A DNA stretch of 64,000 nt from Paramoeba atlantica (lineage: Eukaryota > Protista > Discosea): positions 620,001 through 684,000 of the forward strand of contig CDRNVI010000053.1 in the NCBI GenBank assembly GCA_977017575.1, given 5' to 3'. A program made the position numbers and the translations under genes. Of this stretch, positions 50,583-58,841 are shown in pieces. The notes under the pieces are model-generated. The model searched no databases. It was not told where the DNA came from and saw only the letters and a list, made by a program, of their open reading frames with translations. Within the stretch, counting starts at the first letter, position 1; each line of letters starts with the position of its first letter.

Positions 50583-53500
50583 ATGTCTGGAATTGGTGAA
50601 CGCACTGAACTTCATCATGTTTATAAACAATGGAGTAACAGGCAGGAAGAACTTAACAATTATTTGACGTGTTTCGTTTCCGACTTGCTACAAGAGGTAG
50701 CTTCGAACGCAGAAAATGAACTAGTTAATATAAAGTCTTGTGAAAAGAGAATAGAAGCCTCTGCAAGTGAGGTTTCAGAAATAATTGAGTGGGCATTAGC
50801 TTCCGTTAAGGAAAAAAGAGCTGATCTAAAACCTGATAAAAGTCTTTCACCTATTGAGTCGCCCAGTAAGTCCAAACTACTAGAATCCGAAAATCCACAA
50901 GTACACTTTCTTGAGGCTCAATTGAACGCTTCGTCTAAACAGGCACATCTCGCTGAAAATCGTGTCAAGGAATTAAGTAAAAAAAATCAGAAAACAGAGG
51001 ATTTTGCTCGTGCAGCTCTTCGTTTTATTTCTAGGCATTACCTTCCTCACCAAACAGCATCAGAACACACTGTCACTGACTCCGCTACTGATGTCGATTG
51101 TCTTGCCGATTCCTGGAATAAAGATTTGGACCTTGATTTTTTCAAACTTCCTGTTTCTGATGAACAGTTTGAATCTGATTCGAACGTTGTATACGAGACA
51201 CCATTTGACGTCGTGATGAGATTACTTGAGTTGCAGACAGAAAATGAAGGCGCTTATCGTGACTTGCGAAAGCTACGGGATGAACTTGATGCCTCCAAAT
51301 CGAAAAGCAACATGAAATCATCACCTGTTCAGTGTGAAATTGTCTCGACTAAAACAACTCCTTGTCTCGACTCAAAGCAAAATCAATTGGTTGATTCGGG
51401 CCACTCAAGCCTTTCATTAAACGTGACGCATTTTGAAGCTCTGAAAAATGATGTACATGCTCTAACTTTTGAGAACCAAATATTGCGTCAAGAAATAGCT
51501 ATTCTGTTGAAGCCCAAAGACTCAATATTCGCAGAAGCTGCATTCTTGAAAGGGGGTACCCCTTCTTCTGAATGCATAAATGACAACAATCTTGATGAGT
51601 CCTTATTGCGCCCGGCTCTCTCCGATAATATATCACATAGGGGTGGCCCTGATATTGATTCACTTGAGCCCTTTATTTATGAAAACATCAAGTCACTGGT
51701 CGATAAAAATGTCCACCTTTGTAAACAGGTTCGCATTTTGCTACAACAAAACGAAGCTTTGAATATGAAAACGGGAAAACATTTGGCATCAAATGTAGCA
51801 GTAGAGAGGGATGAATGTGCTGACGTAACCAATCACAAGGACATTGCCACTTTCTCATCAGCATTCATTTCGGTTCCTATTCAAGAAAAAAGTACTATCC
51901 AGCCAACCTGTGATTTTCCGAACGATTTGGTAACTTCGCCACTTGTCTTTTACAATGCGGACAAATGTACGCCTTCCGCTGACAGAAATAATACAGCCTT
52001 GGAATTAAGTGAGCAAGCCTTGGGCACAAACAGAAAAACTTACTCTAATGATAGCGCAGTACAATGTAACATTGATCATGAACAGCTTGAAAACAGCATT
52101 TGTGTTCTAAATCAAATTGTTGACACTATCCGCAGCTGTGAACGTCCCGAAATCAAGACTGCAAGTGGCATTATACCTATTAATTTTTCAGAAGAATGCG
52201 AAGCAAGAAATCCATATCTCGTGCATCAGGACAAAGTAACATCATTTTACATGTACGTTAAGGATGGCTTTTTCGAAATACTTAACAAGTACGAACAAGA
52301 AGCTGCTCGCCATGTTGAATCAAGAAAGCAGTTAAACTCTTTGCAGCGAGAATTACATGCTCTGAGAACTTGCGACACAGAATTTGGCTCTTTGTTTCAG
52401 TCTATTGAAAATGCCGGGAGAGTAATAAGATTCATCGAAACAACAATACATCAGATAAAAGAAACCTTTAGCGAACTGCAAGGAATGAATAATAATCTGA
52501 TCGAGTCCAAACAACAAGCTCGAGGTACCTGTGCTCTTCTTGATCAGTTTTCGAAATTATGTTCGGAATGGAATGGTGTTAATAAAGCTTTATGTTCCTA
52601 CGAAAAGGTCTTGTTGCAGAACCTAGGTGATGCCGAAGAGGCGTCACACATATGGAAAGAACAATATGAATTGCTACTTCGAGACCAAAACACTATCAGG
52701 GAAGAAAAGCAAGAGTTGCAGCAAATTCTTTTTCGGGAGAGGAAGAAATTTATAGATACAATGGAATCTGCATGGCAGGCAGAAGAAACGGCCCAGCGGC
52801 TATCGCGGGCAAACGCTGTGTTGCAGAGTACTATAGGAGATCACGTTTCTCGTGCAAACTACGAAGCTACTTTGAGCGAACTTCAAGCATACGAAAGTCG
52901 ATTCATAACTCTTCAAAATTCTCATAATGAGCTGAAAAAGGAGTTTGAATCAATTGAATGCGAGCGAACTGAAGTATTAACTATGGTTGCTGTTGCAGAA
53001 AAGAAAGAAGAAATACATATTGCTTTTCAAAGGAAATTTCATGAACTAAGTTACGAACTTCGAACACAGAAAAGAAAATTCTTAAAAGCTGAAAGGCGCT
53101 TGTGGGGTACGCATCGCCGTCTTTGTGCTCTCAAACAAGTCTTGTTAGATCGCGAAAACGCTAGCGTGGGTTCCCAAGCTAAAATCGAAGAGTTAACAAA
53201 TATCATTGTTGACAGACAAGTTGAAAAAGGAATATTTGCATTTACCTCCGATGATATTGTGCAAAAACTTAAATCTCGCATTCAGTTATTAGCTAGTACC
53301 AGAGAAGAGTGTATTCGCGATCGTGATTCGCTTCAGCTTCAGCTAAATGAATATCGATCCAAATTTATAGAGATCATCACAGTTTTACAAGAAGAAAAGT
53401 CGAAATCTCTACTCATGCATCTCAGCCATCTAGTTGATAATGAAATTAGCGCTTCACCCTTACGTGATCAGGGAGGCGTAGAAAATTCAGGTAAATTGCT

Positions 53501-54155
53501 CCCTAGTGTAGATCAGACAGAGGCACAAAAAAAATTCGAAGCACTGGAACACGAACTTATGAACGCCAAGCACTTGAATGAAACGTATGAAACCAAGCTT
53601 CAAATTCTTTCTAAAGCTGACGATACAGTAGAAGCCCGCGCATGCGGTCTTTCACTTGTCGATTATTTGAGAGGCGAAGTGAGACATGTTCGAGAAACTT
53701 GCGACGTCCTCATTAAAGAAAAGAACTCCATAATAGAAGAGTTACATACCGCACAAAGTAGGCTTAATGAGGAAAGTCTGAAACTTGCAGCAATCAAAAA
53801 TAAATACGAGTATAAGGATCGTGCATTCGCAGATGCTTTTGATCTGAGAAAGGGGGAATTAGCTTCAAAAGACACGATAATCATGAAACTTGAGATTCGC
53901 ATAAAAGATTTGGAAAATTCTGTTAAAGAACTTGGCATGGAAAAATTGGACACAAAAGCGTTATGTGAACGTCAACGATGTGAATTAGTAGCGAGCGAAT
54001 CCGACAAAGCACAACTCAGCGTTTCGTATGATGCACTTCAAAAAGAAAACTACCTTTTGAGAACTACGAATGACGATATTGCTTTCAAGTTAAAGTCGCT
54101 AGAGGAACAACCCATTCTAGTTGCATCCAACGCATTTGGTGCTGGTGGACTATAA
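50583..54155 (+). CDS. Large coiled-coil protein (1190 aa), TPR/Mlp-like nuclear basket candidate
   Basis: E/K/L/Q heptad composition. FIYENIKSLVDKNVHLCKQVRILLQQNE (about 51664-51755) resembles the TPR/Mlp1 motif F.NI.ELQ.KN.ELL.VVR.L, preceded by ENQILRQEIAILL. First ATG at 50583. The CDS is near certain; the family call is moderate. Confidence 0.55.
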   Translation: MSGIGERTELHHVYKQWSNRQEELNNYLTCFVSDLLQEVASNAENELVNIKSCEKRIEASASEVSEIIEWALASVKEKRADLKPDKSLSPIESPSKSKLLESENPQVHFLEAQLNASSKQAHLAENRVKELSKKNQKTEDFARAALRFISRHYLPHQTASEHTVTDSATDVDCLADSWNKDLDLDFFKLPVSDEQFESDSNVVYETPFDVVMRLLELQTENEGAYRDLRKLRDELDASKSKSNMKSSPVQCEIVSTKTTPCLDSKQNQLVDSGHSSLSLNVTHFEALKNDVHALTFENQILRQEIAILLKPKDSIFAEAAFLKGGTPSSECINDNNLDESLLRPALSDNISHRGGPDIDSLEPFIYENIKSLVDKNVHLCKQVRILLQQNEALNMKTGKHLASNVAVERDECADVTNHKDIATFSSAFISVPIQEKSTIQPTCDFPNDLVTSPLVFYNADKCTPSADRNNTALELSEQALGTNRKTYSNDSAVQCNIDHEQLENSICVLNQIVDTIRSCERPEIKTASGIIPINFSEECEARNPYLVHQDKVTSFYMYVKDGFFEILNKYEQEAARHVESRKQLNSLQRELHALRTCDTEFGSLFQSIENAGRVIRFIETTIHQIKETFSELQGMNNNLIESKQQARGTCALLDQFSKLCSEWNGVNKALCSYEKVLLQNLGDAEEASHIWKEQYELLLRDQNTIREEKQELQQILFRERKKFIDTMESAWQAEETAQRLSRANAVLQSTIGDHVSRANYEATLSELQAYESRFITLQNSHNELKKEFESIECERTEVLTMVAVAEKKEEIHIAFQRKFHELSYELRTQKRKFLKAERRLWGTHRRLCALKQVLLDRENASVGSQAKIEELTNIIVDRQVEKGIFAFTSDDIVQKLKSRIQLLASTREECIRDRDSLQLQLNEYRSKFIEIITVLQEEKSKSLLMHLSHLVDNEISASPLRDQGGVENSGKLLPSVDQTEAQKKFEALEHELMNAKHLNETYETKLQILSKADDTVEARACGLSLVDYLRGEVRHVRETCDVLIKEKNSIIEELHTAQSRLNEESLKLAAIKNKYEYKDRAFADAFDLRKGELASKDTIIMKLEIRIKDLENSVKELGMEKLDTKALCERQRCELVASESDKAQLSVSYDALQKENYLLRTTNDDIAFKLKSLEEQPILVASNAFGAGGL

Positions 54156-54576
54156 ATTGTCGGTCAAAATTCGCCGTTAAATCTTTCTAAACTACCCCCC
54201 GCACCCTTTAGTTACGTAGAATTGTGGTAACTGCTAATTTTGGTTATACAAGGTGTAAGTGTCACTTAGTCAGTCACACAGTAAGGTGAATAACAGAAAG
54301 GTGAGTCACACAGTGAGGTATCACTTAGTGATACCAATTCTTCCGACTGACTTAAAACGATTTTTATAATATTTGAATAAATCCTAACAATTTGTTGAAG
54401 TCCTCTATATGGAGGAACTGTTACAAAAAGAAAGGAATTAATATCATTCTTGAGGATTATCACTATCATTATTAATGACAGGGGGAGTACAGTGCGCCCA
54501 ATTGGTAGAGTCCCAAAAAACGGTTTTTCCAAATGGTAAATTTAATATATATATTTTATATTTAATGGTAAAAGTC

Positions 54577-54616
54577 TTTTTAGTAGTTACCTAAAATCGG
54601 TGGTAACTACTAAAAA
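54577..54616. repeat. Perfect 15-bp inverted repeat with a 10-nt spacer
   Basis: TTTTTAGTAGTTACC (54577-91) / GGTAACTACTAAAAA (54602-16). Confidence 0.9.
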
Positions 54617-54750
54617 ACAACTTTACTATCTAGGCGCACTGTACCTCAAAATCGATTTTGTCTTTTTTTTCTTCACCCCAGCTTCATATTCGGTATCTTT
54701 GCAACGTTTTTTCACCCATTTTTGAGTGCTTTTGTTTACCTAGTTTATCC

Positions 54751-55030
54751 TCAACACCAAAGGTCCGATTTCTTAAAAGTCTCTTTTTTCGAAATTTGGG
54801 CAAAGTATTCGTTGTCATGAATCTGACCCTCGAAAGATCCACTCTAGACCAAAGGGCAACCGTCCATCATTAGAAGAATTTGGAACGTCCAATTCTTTGC
54901 GGCTTCTTTCGCGTTATGTAATTCACTGGACCCGCGGCGGTACATAGGCTGAACAAATGTTTTTCCATATGGAGTAGTTGTATATGGAGTGATGAATAAT
55001 GCCCCCCCCACATAAGAAATGTGAACAGTT
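54751..55030 (-). pseudogene. Degraded remnant of the RT N-terminal region of a VIPER/TATE-like element
   Basis: Across frameshifts it reads YVGG..TTTPYGKTFV, SELHN, ELDVPNS and EYFAQISKKETFKKSDLWC, colinear with NVGG..TKTPYGRQAV, EDVHNELDAPNS and (KYF)AVFKDETYSRAIFDLRWC of the 60697-62480 ORF. Confidence 0.65.
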
Positions 55031-55655
55031 GCTTCTTGCTCATGGGTCAGATTCAGATGGAGCATCGCCAGAGCACAGAACACGTCAAGTGTTAAGCCTT
55101 TTAAAGAAATGCCCAGCTTGATAACCTCATCAGAAGAATACCCGGTCAACGCGTGTGAAACGTCTTTCGAGGGAGAAGTATCATGGCGAGAAGTTGAAAA
55201 TGGGAAAAGTAGGTTTGTTGTCATGCAAAAGTTGTAGCGCCTTGATTACTACTAAAAGACTTAGGGGGCCGAACCTGAGTAAAGCAAATTCAGGCAACTT
55301 CTGTGGCGCCTTATTGGGTACTGGTGAGGAATACACTCGGTGAATTTTAGGTGCTTCCTATCTACTCGAGAACTCGGGAATCACTTTCACTCAGCTCTTT
55401 GATAGAGTCCATGTAAAATTGGGGGCGATATAATATTGGGGGTCAGCTCATACACTCAGCGTTCCACAGCAGACCAAAGAAGTAACGTACTACTTCTTTT
55501 GTCAGTATTCCGGCACCCTAAAATTCAACAAGTGGTAATTTTTTGTCATTTATTTTTTTTCATTTTTGAAGAGAATATACAGGGGGGATCACAAATATCG
55601 GGACCCGCCATTTTTGTGCGATGTGCCCGTTTCACCTGATTTTTGTTGCAAAGGA

Positions 55656-56233
55656 CCCCCTGCAACTTGGCGTCCTTTTTGGGTCCACTCGGGGTCACGG
55701 TGGGTCACTAGGGGCCATGGTTGGGCACTGCTACTGGTCCTTGTTGATCATTTTGTATGTATGTAATTATTATGATGGGAAAAATGTATTGTCCTCGCTG
55801 CAAGGTGGACCGCCACAAGTCTTTGGGGAACCTATAAGGTGTGTAATGTGTGCATGCACCATTGAAAGTGATGCAAAAGATCCTTGCATCCAATGTCAAA
55901 GGGTCTCTGTAATCATAGGTACGAACTTCTGTCCTCTATGTAATGCTCCACGGGACTCTGAACAACTTCTGCCCAGTACCATCGACCATCTTCACGCTCG
56001 TGAGCTTCGAGGGAAGCACAATTTACTCTCTTTTACACTTTCATAGCTTTTACACTTTCATAGTTTTTTAGGTCATGTTTTCATAAAATCCTTCATGAAT
56101 TCCTTAGTGTGGTATTATCAATGCCTAGCATCTGTCCCTCGCCGGAGGCATTTCTCGCCGGTTTTTGGGGCCACTTGGGGCCACCAAGGCCCACTAGGGG
56201 CCACACTGGGCCACTCGGGCCCTGCATTGGGTC
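55656..56233. mobile_element. 578-bp insertion with a 7-bp target-site duplication (CAAAGGA) inside the Tc1 TIR
   Basis: CAAAGGA at 55649-55 and 56234-40. Removing it restores GTTGCAAAGGAGAGATCTC, matching the opposite TIR (GTTGCAAAAGGGAGATCTC). Confidence 0.8.
55772..56046 (+). pseudogene. Small four-CxxC (double zinc ribbon-like) ORF with one frameshift
   Basis: ATG 55772 gives MMGKMYCPRCKVDRHKS; a frameshift near 55820-30 continues GEPIRCVMC...CIQC...CPLC...*. Confidence 0.55.
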
Positions 56234-56382
56234 CAAAGGAGAGATCTCGACGCGAATATGATCGGAACGATATTTTGCGCCTATTTAAACACACCTAAAA
56301 AGTAGGGTGTGCACGACGATTTTTTTCAAAAATTGCACATTTGAAAATGTGGATAAAAAAGTCTTAAAAAGCAATAAAAAAG

Positions 56383-57423
56383 TTATTTAGTACGAAATAA
56401 CCCCCCGTTCGTAACTCTTCTAACCGTTTTGGGAGGCCCTTCAGAGTCTTTTCTAGGATATCCCGCTTTTCGGTTAGGAGATATTCAATAGCCTTGGTAT
56501 GGCTTCTCGCAATTCATGCCTATTCTTCGGACACAAAGAACTATGAATGTAGTCATCCATGATAGACCACAAGTTTTCTATCAAGTTTAAGTCAGGTTAC
56601 TTTGAGTGTCAATCAATTATGTTTAGGCCTGCTTGCAATCCCGCACGACGGGCTTGCCCATGACCCGGTGCATTGTCAAGAACAATGATGGAACATGGTC
56701 GGCGCCGAACCCAATTAAAAAAGCCGCTCCTTTTACTCATGACCTTGAAAAAAGAGTCATTACTTACGGTGTCGTGCTCCCCAAACTCGTGAAAACAATG
56801 AGGTTGTGGTATACCCCATTTAAGGCTGACACCCATCCATACAAGGACACCCTTCCCCCCATACCAACGATCAGTTTGGGGTGGTGGTTCACGATCGGGA
56901 TCGTCCTTATGGGCGAGGTAGGTAATTTTCTTACAGTGTGTACTGCAACGAAAAAGTTTTTCGTCTGTCCAGATGACATTCTGAAGCTGACTCTCTGCCA
57001 GTCCTTCAAAATATTCTGCAAGACGCAGACGGTTTTCCTTATGTAAAAGCTTTCGAACCATCGTCTTCATGATGTACCCCATCTTTTTCAAGGCTCGTTT
57101 CACAGTCATGAGACTGCAGGGGTAGAGGTTTCGATCAAGTCTTTTGTAAACCCATTTAAATCCCGGACACCCATACGGGTTACTACGTTCACTCTCTACA
57201 AGAGTAACAAGCGTTTGCTTAAACTCGTCTGTGATAACCGTTGGACTACGTACGTAGTTTTTCCGTGGCACATCACCTGTTTTGGCAATTCGCTCAACAT
57301 AGCGATGAGCACTGCTCTTTCCGCAATTCATCATACATGCTGTTTCCCTCATAGATTTTCCCTGATGCACTTCGTGCGCGCTCACAATCCGTGTGCCGTA
57401 GGATGCATGCTCGGGGGATACAT
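56383..57423 (-). pseudogene. Tc1-family transposase pseudogene
   Basis: HTH region, IWTDEKLF, VLVWMGVS, IVLDNAPGH, then D*HSK*PDLNLIENLW (two in-frame stops) and a frameshifted tail LKGLPKRLEELRTGG; probable N-terminal frameshift as well. Confidence 0.92.
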
Positions 57424-58563
57424 GACGGAAGTTTAATCTACAATGATTTATAAAAATTTAATAAAATGATTTATGTCATTTTCCCATTTGGAACTTAATA
57501 AAAGAGAATTATATCCTTTAATAGACAATTTTAACGGGATTTGCACAATTTTTACATACATTTGCATATTTTTTGGAGGTTTTTTTATATTTTTTTACCA
57601 TTTTTTACAAGTGTGTTTAACTAGGCGCAAAGTGTCGTTCCGATCATATTCGCGTCGAGATCTCCCTTTTGCAACAAAAATCAGGTGAAACGGACCCACG
57701 GCCCAAAAATGGGAGGTGTCCCGATATTGGTGATCCCCCCTGTATAGTTTCAACATTTCTAAAACACATTTCAACACATTTCTAGAACAATAGGCAGTTA
57801 CCACGTTCACAAATGTCATGCACATGCATTGTTTCATAACACTTTAGAGTATCTATTGAAAGTTCCCGTGCAGTGAATTCAGATTTCAAGACAACCGGAT
57901 GTTTTTCATCAACATGAAGTTCATCAAAACAAAATAAATGTGCTAGCATCTGTTTCCTCTACGGTCGTCTGGGCACGTACATTGGGTTCCCCCAGTGCCA
58001 ATATACACTGTAACGGCGATCTGTGTCTCGCAATGAGAAGCCAGATACGGATTTCATCAACGATACCGCTTTTGGTGACAAAAAGGGACCAAATTCTGGC
58101 ACTTTTAAACGACACTTAGGCGCGTCCTCAAGTTCTTTGAAACAAGTTCGTTTCCGAAGTCGCTCTCCACAGCGAAAACAAGGAGTGTACGCCTCGAAGA
58201 ATGATTTTTCATCCATAGAACAACATTTTCAGTAGTTTTCAGCAGGATCGAAGTCACCAATATTATTCAGGCTAATGGTGTGCACCCTAGATAGCCCATA
58301 TAGACGAAATCAATGCGGAAATACAACAGGAGCGTACCAGATGTACGCATAATTACGAAAAACAATTATAAACAAAATCTCAAAAAAAATAGGGTCAATT
58401 TAGAGTACATTTTTGCCGGATAATAGCCCTTCCTCTTTTATGCCGTATTACTTCTTTTTTTATTACGCTGAAAGAATTGTTGCATCAATTGGGTAATGAA
58501 GCGTTCCTCTCTGTCTCTAATTCGACGAAATTTCATATCAAAATGCTACTTTGCGCAAAAATA

Positions 58564-58632
58564 CTTTACTTTGTGCAGAAGTGCTTTACTTTGTGCAGAA
58601 GTTCTTTACTTTGTGCAGAAGTGCTTAACTTT
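58564..58632 (+). repeat. 20-bp minisatellite, about 3.5 copies
   Basis: CTTTACTTTGTGCAGAAGT(G/T) at 58564, 58584 and 58604, with a partial copy at 58624. Confidence 0.95.
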
Positions 58633-58841
58633 CCCTCATGCTATTCCTCAGCATATAGGGGTACAAACTGCGTTATCAAATTCAAAAAATGAACCTGAAT
58701 ATTGAATTTTAGACCTTCAACCGGCTTTGAAAAACAAACCGCTGTTTCGCGGTGTTTCGCGCTGTTTCACAAACTTAACCCGCAGCCCCTCACATGTATC
58801 AACATCAAAGTACGTCCTTATGTCATAAGGACTCATAATTT

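Larger units (their letters stand above)
24972..50855 (+). repeat. Tandem segmental duplication, copy B (complete 25,884-bp unit)
   Basis: 25885 onward repeats position 1 onward. The copies diverge after ...TCACCTATT: TTTTTTGTTTC at 24972 versus GAGTCGCCC at 50856. Confidence 0.97.
55580..57742 (-). mobile_element. Tc1-like (IS630-Tc1-mariner) DNA transposon, degenerate, with a nested insertion in one TIR
   Basis: Termini CAGGGGGGATCAC...GTGATCCCCCCTG flanked by TA (55578-79, 57743-44). TIRs of about 130 bp (57611-57742 intact; 55580-55655 plus 56241-56294 split). 1578 bp after removing the insertion. Confidence 0.92.

Noticed and set aside
734-54000. Numerous 60-155 aa antisense or alternate-frame ORFs overlapping the long genes
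   Set aside because: Shadow ORFs of expected size with no recognisable motifs.
55580-58260. Fanzor/TnpB nuclease associated with the Tc1 element
   Set aside because: The Cys-rich ORFs lack RuvC motifs and the DRDxNAA-type terminal motif; no ORF of suitable size.
58564-58632. CRISPR-like array
   Set aside because: The 20-bp units are contiguous with no spacers; this is a minisatellite in a eukaryotic context.
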